DNA of 64,000 bases from Candidatus Bathyarchaeia archaeon (GCA_038727135.1 JAVYWL010000001.1:224001-288000), one strand, 5' to 3'; positions 35,920-45,238 are shown, counted from the first letter of the stretch. Program-made: numbers and translations. Notes: generated by a model from the sequence alone, not told the origin.

Positions 35920-38109
35920 TTATGTTGATGTCCATGGTGGGCTTGTTTTTCCGAAGAGTTTGCAGACCATGCCTAGGTCTTTGGCGTCTACTTTGCGGTC
36001 GTTGTTGACGTCTGCTCTGTAGCACCATCTTGGGTGGACTGGTGGGCCTGGGCTGGAGCCGAAGGCTTTGCCTACTGTGCCTATGTCTTTGGCGTCAACT
36101 TTGCCATCATAGTTGACGTCGTGGGGCAGGTAGTTGCATGTTGGGTATGTGGGTGTTGTTGTTAGAGCGGCGTGGGGTTGGTAGTACCATTTCCAGAGGT
36201 TATAGGCGTAAACGCCTGGATAGATTGGGTTGTAGTACCAGCCTACAACCCAGTCACGCTCGAAATGTCTTCCAATAGCTTGGTCTATTGGCACGCTTGG
36301 GCAGTCCTCAACGGCTAGCTGTTGTATTTGCTTGTAAATTGCTGCCCTTTCTGGACCTTCCGGTGCTGCAATACCCGCCTCAACAAGCTCATCCATTGTT
36401 GGGTTGTGGTATAGTTGCCATGCGCCGAAGGCTCCATGGCTGTAGTAGAATGCGAAGGCGAAGTTGTGTGGGTCTGGGTAGTCAGCTAGCCATCCTATAA
36501 TGAATAGTGGTGTCTGGTGGTATAAGCATGCCCGTAGATATGGTTTCCAATCAACGCTTGTTACTTCTATGTGGAACTTCGGGTTGAGGCTTTCAATGTT
36601 TTGTTCGAGGATTCTTGCTGCTCTCTCTCTTGGTAGGTTACCTGTGTTATATAGTATTGTCATTGTAAAGCCCGTAGTCCATAATCCCGGAACCATTTTG
36701 AAGTATTGCTCCGACTTTGTTAGGTTGAAGGTGTAGCCTTTTACTGTCGGGTCGTAGTATGGTAGGCCTGGTATTATGGCTGTTGCCGGGGCTATTGCCT
36801 CGCCAAGGTAGGCTTCTTGTAGGAATCTGTTGTAGTCGAAGGCGTAGGCAAAAGCCTTCCTAACATATATGCCCCAAGATGGGTTACCGAAGAAGTCTCT
36901 CGGTATGCCGTCCTCTGTAAAGACGCCGTAATCATTTATCTTTCCGTATGGTGTTGTTGGGGTTATATCAAACATAAAGAATAACCCATCAACAGCGAGT
37001 ATTGGCAGTGGGTATATGCATCTAAGCCCATCCTTCAATATTCCCTTTGAGAAGTCTTCGTACATTTCTGGTATGTGCATTCTCGGGACCGCGCAGAAGT
37101 CGAAATCTCCAGCTAGGAACATAGGTGCTCTTACTTCCCATGTGTAGTGCCATGTGACTGTTACCCGGTCAACCCAGCCTACTGGTTGGGATGGACCTAT
37201 TTTCGGGAAGTCTGCTGGCCAGCCACGCCAGTAGTTGGGGTTCCTAACTATTGTCCAGTATTCGTCTGTGTAGCTTAGTGTTTCCAACATAAACGGCCCT
37301 GATCCCATCATAACTGGGCCGCCTAGCTCTGGGTCGTCCAAAGGCGATATTTCTGGGTTATGGTAGTTTATCCAGTCTGAGTAGTCTCCCCATTCGCCGC
37401 TCCAATCACCACGACCTAGAGAGTTTATCCATGTTTTGCTTAATATACTTGACCATGATTGGCATAAGATTTGCATGAACGGGGCGTACGCGCCTGGGAA
37501 GGCAAGGTTAAATAGAACGTATTGGCCGTCCACTTCAACAGCAGCATCAATAATTTTTCCAGCAAGTATGACGCCCTCAGTAGTTGAGAGGTTAAGGTTA
37601 TATGGTGGTTCTTCCAGTCCATAGGCGCCCCAAGTATTCAGCAAGGGCTCGTAAAACATCCACGTTGGACCAGAATCCCTGTCTTGGACCATGGCACGCT
37701 CAAAACTATATTCAACATCTTCAGGCGTTAGTGGAGTACCATCACTAAATGTTACTCCAGTCCTAATCTTGAATTTGTAGGTGTAATAGTACTTCAGTTC
37801 AGGGTGAAGCGGACTCTGTATTGGCGGATCGTGTTTAATTATTTCCCAACTTTCAGCTATTGATGGCAAGTAAACGTCCATATGTTCCCCGTCAAAGGTT
37901 ATCAATGTATCATAAACGTTGAATATTAGTTCGGCGCTGGCAGTGTCGTAGCACCACGCGGGGTCAACAGTTTCAGGCATTCCGCCCTCAATCGTCGCCA
38001 CTTTTAAGTGCATCTTGTCAGTTATTGGTGGAAAAGCTCGCACAGAAGCAACCGCTGAGAAAACCATCAGCATACCCAGAACTGCAGTTATAAGCACTCG
38101 CTTATCCAT
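35920..38109 (-). CDS. oppA: Family 5 ABC substrate-binding protein (OppA/DppA) with a C-terminal dockerin
   Basis: PETVDPAWCYD..NVYDTL, FKIRTGVTFSDGTPLTPEDVEYSFER, VRKAFAYAFD, GWLADYPDP; ends DVNYDGKVDAKD..ADVNNDRKVDAKD (about 35945-36120) with no TM tail; ATG 38109 after GGGAGAAAG. Confidence 0.92.
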   Translation of the reverse strand: MDKRVLITAVLGMLMVFSAVASVRAFPPITDKMHLKVATIEGGMPETVDPAWCYDTASAELIFNVYDTLITFDGEHMDVYLPSIAESWEIIKHDPPIQSPLHPELKYYYTYKFKIRTGVTFSDGTPLTPEDVEYSFERAMVQDRDSGPTWMFYEPLLNTWGAYGLEEPPYNLNLSTTEGVILAGKIIDAAVEVDGQYVLFNLAFPGAYAPFMQILCQSWSSILSKTWINSLGRGDWSGEWGDYSDWINYHNPEISPLDDPELGGPVMMGSGPFMLETLSYTDEYWTIVRNPNYWRGWPADFPKIGPSQPVGWVDRVTVTWHYTWEVRAPMFLAGDFDFCAVPRMHIPEMYEDFSKGILKDGLRCIYPLPILAVDGLFFMFDITPTTPYGKINDYGVFTEDGIPRDFFGNPSWGIYVRKAFAYAFDYNRFLQEAYLGEAIAPATAIIPGLPYYDPTVKGYTFNLTKSEQYFKMVPGLWTTGFTMTILYNTGNLPRERAARILEQNIESLNPKFHIEVTSVDWKPYLRACLYHQTPLFIIGWLADYPDPHNFAFAFYYSHGAFGAWQLYHNPTMDELVEAGIAAPEGPERAAIYKQIQQLAVEDCPSVPIDQAIGRHFERDWVVGWYYNPIYPGVYAYNLWKWYYQPHAALTTTPTYPTCNYLPHDVNYDGKVDAKDIGTVGKAFGSSPGPPVHPRWCYRADVNNDRKVDAKDLGMVCKLFGKTSPPWTST

Positions 38110-38199
38110 TTCTTTCTCCCCTTTCCACATTATTTCCGCAATACAATAAAAACAGAAGCACATATTTAATTCTTACGGAAAAAAGTTCTAGTAAAAATT

Positions 38200-38472
38200 T
38201 TACTTCGAAACATCAGACACGCCCTCCGAGTGTGCTTCACCCTCATTCTTTTCCTTCTCTAGGCTGACCCAACGCCTATAACTTCTAAAAATAACCCAAA
38301 CAAAAACAGCCACCAACAACATAATAACTATTGCATAGGGAGCAACAACCATAATAATATAGAAAATCACAAGAGGAGCCAAAACCGCAATTAAAAGAAT
38401 AAGGAAAAGCTGCCAAAACCACTTCTGATTTAAAGGGTACAGATAGGGCACCACAACGAAAATATGCACCAA
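38200..38472 (-). CDS. Small membrane protein
   Basis: 90 aa, two hydrophobic helices and a charged tail. Confidence 0.6.
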   Translation of the reverse strand: MVHIFVVVPYLYPLNQKWFWQLFLILLIAVLAPLVIFYIIMVVAPYAIVIMLLVAVFVWVIFRSYRRWVSLEKEKNEGEAHSEGVSDVSK

Positions 38473-38533
38473 CCCCTATTTGAATATTTCCGGAAACACC
38501 AAAATAAGGCTTGCAGACAAGGAGTCCAGTAAC

Positions 38534-39055
38534 ATGAAGACAAAAACAAAGTTAACAGCAAAAAAATCGAGAAAAAGAAATATTGCAATAGCAGTAACAT
38601 TAACAATAATAACACTCATAATAATTGCCTCAGCCATTCACCAACAAGCAAAAAAGGAAGCAAATCCCCCTAAAGAAGACCCAAACAAATATTTCCAGTT
38701 TCTAAGCGCAGAAGCCCAAGGCGAAAAAATAGCAGGCTCAGCAACAGCCCTAAAAATACAATATTTAACGTTCATCTTAAAACCGGTAATGGGAGACGCC
38801 CACGACGTAGTAATATTCGCCGAAGGCATGACAAACCCAGGAGATTACTGGTATGGGGAAATAAAAAACGGAACAGAAACACGCATAGAGATACAATTCA
38901 GCTCACCAATCCGTGTCACCAAACAACCAGGCGATTTATACCTTCTTGAAATAGAAATATATTCATCGGAAACATTGAGGGGGAAACACACCTTCCAAAT
39001 GAAGATAGATGAAGAAATTGGAAATTATGTATTCCTCAAAGAAAAAGAAGAATGA
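38534..39055 (+). CDS. N-terminally anchored extracellular beta-rich protein
   Basis: ATG 38534 after AAGGAG; basic N-terminus, TM helix, soluble domain. Confidence 0.7.
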   Translation: MKTKTKLTAKKSRKRNIAIAVTLTIITLIIIASAIHQQAKKEANPPKEDPNKYFQFLSAEAQGEKIAGSATALKIQYLTFILKPVMGDAHDVVIFAEGMTNPGDYWYGEIKNGTETRIEIQFSSPIRVTKQPGDLYLLEIEIYSSETLRGKHTFQMKIDEEIGNYVFLKEKEE

Positions 39056-39103
39056 AAAACATTTAATTAAAACCCATTAACACTGTCTATTTAAGGATAG
39101 AAT

Positions 39104-39520
39104 ATGCAGAAAAGTTGGACAAACCAAAACATAAACATCCAAACCTTAATGGAGAAGATAATAAAATATTTGGAAGGGGAAGACTTTGACATAACAGTCT
39201 ACCAAGAAGAAAAGGGATACACAATAATAGCAGAAAACTCCCAAAAATACGAGATAAACGGAAGCATAAACATACAAATAAAAGGAGAACCAAACAACTT
39301 TTCAATAAACATAGCAGAAAAAAGTGAAAAAAGCACCTACGGTATTCCCCCTCTTCTCTCAACAATGTTTGGGGGAGGATACTTCCTCCTAAAAAGATTA
39401 AAATCGGAAGAAAAATACATAGAGTTTACAAAGAATTTTTGGCAAAACGTAAATAAGATACTTTTCGAAATAAAAACAACAGAGGGAGAAAGGGTTGCCG
39501 AGCCTCATAATAGAGGCTAA
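39104..39520 (+). CDS. Hypothetical protein
   Basis: 138-aa ORF with an upstream TATA-like ATTTAATT. Confidence 0.7.
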   Translation: MQKSWTNQNINIQTLMEKIIKYLEGEDFDITVYQEEKGYTIIAENSQKYEINGSINIQIKGEPNNFSINIAEKSEKSTYGIPPLLSTMFGGGYFLLKRLKSEEKYIEFTKNFWQNVNKILFEIKTTEGERVAEPHNRG

Positions 39521-39749
39521 ATGTAAAACCCACGGCATAGAGCGTTACAGAATAAAAATAATTAAGAAACACAATATCGACCCAAACATAATACAACCAA
39601 AATTCAGAACAAGGCCCACATACGGATTAAGCGGCATAATCATAGGGAGGAACATACCATACGAAGTGGCAAAGGAATACCTCCTTCAAAACCTAGATAG
39701 ATTCGGCTTAGCCTACCTTAACATCTTGTCGATAAGAATACAAAAATAA
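39495..39749 (+). CDS. Small basic hypothetical protein
   Basis: 84 aa; TTG after GGGAGAAAGG; overlaps the upstream gene. Confidence 0.65.
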   Translation: MPSLIIEAKCKTHGIERYRIKIIKKHNIDPNIIQPKFRTRPTYGLSGIIIGRNIPYEVAKEYLLQNLDRFGLAYLNILSIRIQK

Positions 39750-39806
39750 AGGTATCCTATTGAAGAATTTCTAGACAAAGAAAAAAGGGAAACTAGATAA
39801 GAACAT

Positions 39807-42800
39807 TCATGGGTCGTATGTTGGACCTTTCCAACCGAAACCCTTACACACGATGGCGATATCTTTAATATCGATTTTTCCGTTGCGGTCAATGTCGTAT
39901 TCCCTGTTCCATCTCATGTGGCCAGGTGATGCGCCGAAAGCCTTGGCTACAAGCCCTATATCCCAAGCGTTGACTCTTCCATCGTAATTGACATCACCAA
40001 TATGCGTTGGATACATCTCAAACAATCCGTCGCTGCGATTCACAGGAACCTCAATTATGTCGTCATCAACAAGCATAACGTCTTCAAGCCTCAAATCAGA
40101 TGTTAGCGGTGGCTTCTCAAGTCCCCGCTCTTGATACCTCGTCTTAAATGTTATCGTTGCCAACACTCCATCACCGCTTGGGAATTTACTCCAAACACCA
40201 TACTGGTTTGGATAAAGGACTATACCGACGATTATGTTGGGTCCATAGACGGGGTCTCTTTCAACATAATATAGGAACAGTGTTCCATAAAGATTCCATC
40301 TTGGATCCTTCATGAAGGCCCCTTCAGCCACATCAACAACATCTAACAAAGTATCATTGTAGCAGACTCTAAATTGGATGATGACGACTCTCCAGCCTTC
40401 CCACAAACCGTCAATAGTTACGTTCACATTAAATTCCTTGTTCAACATTTGTGCTTGAAACAGCGATGGTTCAACTTTAATTAAAACTTCAGGTCCAACT
40501 CTAACTTGTCCATCAACGAAGACGTTATCTTCAATATCTACCTCGCCTGGAACCATGTTTGCTTCTGCCTTTAACGTGTATGTTCCATACGGTACCCCTG
40601 AGGTATTCCAGTTGAACGTTAACAGCTTTGTGGATCCAGGAATCATATCGGTAATTGTTTCCCAGCCTATGAGGTTGTCATCATAATAGAGCGATACATT
40701 GAATGTTTCGTACGTATTCCCTTCATTCTTGACCTTAACACTAACTTGAACCGTACTTCCAGACGCTATTCTGATGGCAGAAGGCGCAATACTTAGTATA
40801 GCAACATCATGGACAAGTGGCGGAGCTTTTTCGGTTAGTAGCCAAGGTTTAAAGTTAGCGTTTCCGCTCACTTCGTCCCCTAATCCCGTTGGGTTAAGTG
40901 TTGGATGGTATGGTCCTGTCAGGTGACCCCACCAGTTGTAACGTGCGTCAACAGGTTCTGTCACGTCTTCACTTACCCATAAACCGTATGTGCCACTGCC
41001 TATGATGTTGTTATAATTGATCTTAATGTCTGTTGGCGCGACTCCAGCGTTTGGATAGCTCCACACATCTATTCCGTCTTCTACAGCATTTAATATGTTG
41101 TTGCAGATGAGCGTGACATTTTTCGCATCATTTGATATGTCCACTTGCCATGTATTATTAAAGAGCGTGTTGCCCTTGATGAGGACATTTGACAAGGCGT
41201 GATAATCCCATGGAGACCCATAAATTGATCCGGGGAAGTCTGCGGCGCTTATGCCAATATCACAGCCTTCAACATAGTTGTTTTCAACAATCACATCGCT
41301 TGTGTCAACGACAAGTATTCCGGTTGCCGACCAGTATGGATTGTTGACGGTGCAATTGAAAACATAGTTGCCTAAAACATGTGCAGTTGCGCCATATGCT
41401 ATTTGTATGCCGTTTTCAGCCCACCATCCAGTTTCCGGTTCAAAACCATTTCCAAAAACAGTGTTCTCTTGGACAATAGCGTGTGGATCAACATTTGGAC
41501 CAGCATCGCCTAAAACGCCTATGCCGCCGCGGCTAAAGTCCCGGACTTCGTTGTATTCGATAGTTGCTTCTGAATCTCCGTAGACTAGAATGCCAAATGT
41601 TTGGGGACCGCTTCCTTTTCCAGAGGGCGGGTACATGCTATAAATAACACAGTTTGATACGGTGCCAGGCTTAATATTGCGGCATAATATTCCAACATAG
41701 CGATAGCTGCTGGCAGCTTTATTTCCGCCGTCTATTTCAAAACCTTTAATAGTTACACTGATTGTTTCGGTTCCGCTTAAAGAGCCATAAGCAAATATTA
41801 TTGGATCAAATACAGCACTAGACTCTGGAATTGTAAACGTACTTCGAGTGTCTGGAGCCACTATTTTAGCTCCGGTCATCCCTTCCAGGCTTAAGTTTTT
41901 GTTGACAACCAACTGTTCCACGTATTCTCCGGGATATACATGCACCACGCCCTCAGCGAGTACCGCATTGATTCCATCTTGTATTTTTGTGAAAGCATTA
42001 TAACCTATAAATTTGCCCGGTTCAACCTCGTAGCCTGGAGGCAAGCTAGCCCAGTCGTCATTCACCCATACCTCGCTTGCAAAACCTTCAAGGTCAATTG
42101 AGACCGTTGTTCCATCTTTTAATGCTATAGTTATTGCGTCTATGCAGCCTTGAAAAACGTTCATCCAACCGGTTGCTGTTTGGAAAGAAATGTACTTTAC
42201 AACTTCAACTCCGTAGTCGATATTTGTTTCAGGGCATCCAGAATAGTAGTTGTGCCAGTTTATTGGGCCGGCTTGGATGTCTTGAAGCGTTGGTTGGCCA
42301 TAGAACCCGTAAAAACCTATGGTGTCTGGGTCAAAGAAGGTAAGCTGGTTTGTATCTACATCAGTACTCCACCTATTCCATTGATTAGCCGGAGCGTTAA
42401 GGTTTTTGGAGAAGTATGGTTCACCGATTAGTTTGTATCCATACCAGCCGTGATCACCAATACCGTCAGGCTTTGTGTATATTACTATGTAGAAGTTATG
42501 TGGAGTTGTGCCAGTAATTGGATGTGGAGTATTGGTGTGGTATGATATGCTGGCTATATCATCTATTTTGAAAGCGCCTAGAGCGTCGAATGGAGGAAGC
42601 GTTGGGTCAATGTATATTTCGAATTTCTGTCCTAAAACTGCAGCCCAGCATCCACTTCCCCAATAAAATTGCGCGTTGGTCCCGACAGCTTTGGCCAGCG
42701 TGGCAACAGCGCCGCCTAGAATAAGATATTTGGCAGTAGCCATGTCACTGGTGTCTGTATCGTACCATGAGAAGTCTGGAGGGAAAAAGGTTCTGCCACC

Positions 42801-43310
42801 ACTGCCGCCTTTGAAGTAAACAGCCCACTTAAACTCATTTGCCAAGTAAGACTTATCTATAGTAACCATGAAAACCATCTGTGGATTTTCACTTTTGCTT
42901 CTACCGCCAGTGGCAGTTATACCATCTGGCAATGGATAATTCGCATAATATGGGCTGCCAGTACGCCATCCATTTTCATAGTAACTGATCAGCCATGTTC
43001 CATATGAATAATTAGGGTCGATTCCGTCATTATTATGTATTTGGAATTTAATTTCACTGCCTAGGCCTATTATTACAACGATTCCGGCAACGGGGTTATT
43101 TAGATAGACGCTATTTTCATTTAAATCAATAGTCCACTTGATAAAGTCAACATACTCTTCAACATTGACATGCGCCCAAGCGACATCCTGATCAAATAAT
43201 ACACGTATTACAGATCCATTGGCTTTCGACGATTTAATCGGAACCAATATCGCCGCAGAACTTAGGAAAATTATTAGAATCATTGCTACTGCCAATGTTT
43301 TGCTTTTCAT
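39807..43310 (-). CDS. Large secreted protein: N-terminal beta domains, beta-helix, CARDB, cohesin-like module and dockerin
   Basis: Signal peptide; AFTKIQDGINAV..VHVYPGEY beta-helix cap and coils; HDVAI CARDB; EFNVNVTI..QFRVCYN..GDGVLATITF cohesin; GDVNYDGRVNAWD dockerin. Confidence 0.85.
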   Translation of the reverse strand: MKSKTLAVAMILIIFLSSAAILVPIKSSKANGSVIRVLFDQDVAWAHVNVEEYVDFIKWTIDLNENSVYLNNPVAGIVVIIGLGSEIKFQIHNNDGIDPNYSYGTWLISYYENGWRTGSPYYANYPLPDGITATGGRSKSENPQMVFMVTIDKSYLANEFKWAVYFKGGSGGRTFFPPDFSWYDTDTSDMATAKYLILGGAVATLAKAVGTNAQFYWGSGCWAAVLGQKFEIYIDPTLPPFDALGAFKIDDIASISYHTNTPHPITGTTPHNFYIVIYTKPDGIGDHGWYGYKLIGEPYFSKNLNAPANQWNRWSTDVDTNQLTFFDPDTIGFYGFYGQPTLQDIQAGPINWHNYYSGCPETNIDYGVEVVKYISFQTATGWMNVFQGCIDAITIALKDGTTVSIDLEGFASEVWVNDDWASLPPGYEVEPGKFIGYNAFTKIQDGINAVLAEGVVHVYPGEYVEQLVVNKNLSLEGMTGAKIVAPDTRSTFTIPESSAVFDPIIFAYGSLSGTETISVTIKGFEIDGGNKAASSYRYVGILCRNIKPGTVSNCVIYSMYPPSGKGSGPQTFGILVYGDSEATIEYNEVRDFSRGGIGVLGDAGPNVDPHAIVQENTVFGNGFEPETGWWAENGIQIAYGATAHVLGNYVFNCTVNNPYWSATGILVVDTSDVIVENNYVEGCDIGISAADFPGSIYGSPWDYHALSNVLIKGNTLFNNTWQVDISNDAKNVTLICNNILNAVEDGIDVWSYPNAGVAPTDIKINYNNIIGSGTYGLWVSEDVTEPVDARYNWWGHLTGPYHPTLNPTGLGDEVSGNANFKPWLLTEKAPPLVHDVAILSIAPSAIRIASGSTVQVSVKVKNEGNTYETFNVSLYYDDNLIGWETITDMIPGSTKLLTFNWNTSGVPYGTYTLKAEANMVPGEVDIEDNVFVDGQVRVGPEVLIKVEPSLFQAQMLNKEFNVNVTIDGLWEGWRVVIIQFRVCYNDTLLDVVDVAEGAFMKDPRWNLYGTLFLYYVERDPVYGPNIIVGIVLYPNQYGVWSKFPSGDGVLATITFKTRYQERGLEKPPLTSDLRLEDVMLVDDDIIEVPVNRSDGLFEMYPTHIGDVNYDGRVNAWDIGLVAKAFGASPGHMRWNREYDIDRNGKIDIKDIAIVCKGFGWKGPTYDP

Positions 43311-43474
43311 TTTCCTTTCTCCTCCTACTAAACTTTTAAATGCAATTTTAAGTATCCTTTTTTCTGTATATAAGATTTGTGAAAATTTGTTCCAGAGATG
43401 GCGTTTTATTCAGAAAAATCTGAAAAGTGGAAATAATTGTTTTAAATAGCTGTAGGTTTACATCAACCTTAACT

Positions 43475-45238
43475 TTAACCTTCAGCGATTTTCTTCAGTT
43501 GTTTTTGGTACATTTCTACTATTTCGTTTGTGGTTGTTGCGTCTTCTGCTGCCTTGTCTATTCTGTAGTTGCCAGTAAAACGCGGAAAGCGTATGGCTAG
43601 TCCGCTTCCTTGGCGTATGGTGTTTAGGGCGCATGTGTGGATGGGGCTTAGGGTTATTTCTGCGCCTAACACTTCTATGACTATTTTTGGTTCGAACCAA
43701 ACATCTGCCTCTATGAGCGAGTTAACCCTTGGATGCTTATGCGGTATTACATGTTTTTTCATCATTTGGGGGAGTTTTGCCAAGTCCTCGTCTGTGAAGC
43801 CTGTTCCGCATTTTGTTACTGTTTCGAAGGTGTCGTTTTCTGGGTTGTAAGCCGCCAATAATAGTGCGCCGTATGTTCCTGCCCGTTTTCCTCGTCCATA
43901 GAAGGCGCCGACCACGACTAGGTCTACGGTGTCTGTCATTTCGCTTTTGTAGTCCCGCTTATATTTTATCCATAGCCAGCCTCTTGCGCCAGCTTGATAA
44001 ATAGAGTCTTCGTTTATTGATTTGCACATTAGGCCTTCGCATCCGTCTTCTATGGCTTCTAGGAAGAAGTTTTCAAGCTCTTTTATGTCGCTTGTAATTA
44101 TTGATTTGGCGATTTTTACTCTTTCACCTTCCCGGATTATGGTTTCAAGGGTTTTCCGCCGGACTGGGTAGGGTTCAAGCGTCAAGTCTTTCCCGTCAAC
44201 GTATAAGGCGTCAAACATGAAAAGTGATACTGGGTATTCTTCCATGGCCTTTTCTATGCCATATTTGCGTCTGCGGTGCATAAGCTCTTGGAAGGGCCGC
44301 ATTTCGCCTGTGTCAGGGTCTATGGCTACGCATTCAGCCTCTACTATAGCTTCTTTGGCTAGAACATGCTGTCTTAAAAGTTCAATGGCGTCTGGATACT
44401 GGTCGGAAATGTCTTCTAGACGTCTTGAGTAAAGGGTTATTTCTTCGCCTTTCTTGTGGGCTTGGATTCGTTCGCCGTCATACTTGTACTCGGCTATGCA
44501 TTTTCCGCCCAGCTTTTCGAGGATTTCTTCAGGTGATGAAAGTCTTTCGGCCAACATGGGCCTTATGGGTTCTCCTACAACAACCTTGAACTTTTTGATT
44601 CCTTCAAGGCCTTCTTCGGCTAGGACTTTGGCTACTCTTCCAAGGTCTGATGAGATGTTGTAGGCGCGTTCCACTAGTTCGCGGGTTTCCTTGCCGCCGC
44701 CGTAAGCTATTGCCAAGGCATCAAGCACTGTCATGTCTGCAATGCCCAAGCGGAGGTTTCCAGTAACTGTCCGCATGATATATTTGGCTTCCTTTGGTGT
44801 AGCATCAGCTAAAAGCCCTGCCAAAAGCGTAATTTTTGTATCAACAGCTCCAGATCCAGAAGCACGCGCCATCTTGTCAAGGGTTTCGTAAACCCTTTGG
44901 ACAGTTAATGGTTTCTGGAAAAAGGTTAGCTGTCTTTTTTGGGCTATAAATTTCTGGGCTGTCTCGCCGATGTCTCCACTTTTTTTCATGTCCTCTTCAA
45001 TTTCGCTTTCCCGCCGCCCAGAAGCGTGGGCTAGGGCCTTTATGGCAAGTCTTTCAGCCACACCAATCTCGAGCTTAACAAAGTCTGGGTAAATTTTGCC
45101 TTGCGTTAAATAAACAACTTTGTCGATTATTTCTTTAGGCGTCTTTTTTAGGAGGCCTACTAGCAAGTCTGTCATTTCAAGCCTTTTGGTTGTGGCTTCA
45201 ATCTTCTCGTAGGCGTCAGCAATCTCAGAGTAGAGCAA
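43475..45238 (-). CDS. lig: ATP-dependent DNA ligase
   Basis: EYKYDGER adenylation motif, EGLMCK, WIKYKRDY, RFPRF; TTG 45238 after GGGAG (track start 45289). Confidence 0.97.
   Translation of the reverse strand: MLYSEIADAYEKIEATTKRLEMTDLLVGLLKKTPKEIIDKVVYLTQGKIYPDFVKLEIGVAERLAIKALAHASGRRESEIEEDMKKSGDIGETAQKFIAQKRQLTFFQKPLTVQRVYETLDKMARASGSGAVDTKITLLAGLLADATPKEAKYIMRTVTGNLRLGIADMTVLDALAIAYGGGKETRELVERAYNISSDLGRVAKVLAEEGLEGIKKFKVVVGEPIRPMLAERLSSPEEILEKLGGKCIAEYKYDGERIQAHKKGEEITLYSRRLEDISDQYPDAIELLRQHVLAKEAIVEAECVAIDPDTGEMRPFQELMHRRRKYGIEKAMEEYPVSLFMFDALYVDGKDLTLEPYPVRRKTLETIIREGERVKIAKSIITSDIKELENFFLEAIEDGCEGLMCKSINEDSIYQAGARGWLWIKYKRDYKSEMTDTVDLVVVGAFYGRGKRAGTYGALLLAAYNPENDTFETVTKCGTGFTDEDLAKLPQMMKKHVIPHKHPRVNSLIEADVWFEPKIVIEVLGAEITLSPIHTCALNTIRQGSGLAIRFPRFTGNYRIDKAAEDATTTNEIVEMYQKQLKKIAEG

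Noticed and set aside
21712-39995. Recurring dockerin-coding DNA (e.g. ATGTCTTTTGCGTC) as CRISPR repeats or DGR template/variable repeats
   Set aside because: The copies are in-frame protein motifs in separate genes, with no spacer array, no cas or reverse transcriptase gene, and no adenine-specific mismatch pattern noticed.
17543-43310. Calling the locus a true cellulosome
   Set aside because: No recognisable glycoside hydrolase or family 3 CBM; the identifiable cargo is a peptide-type binding protein and beta-helix proteins.
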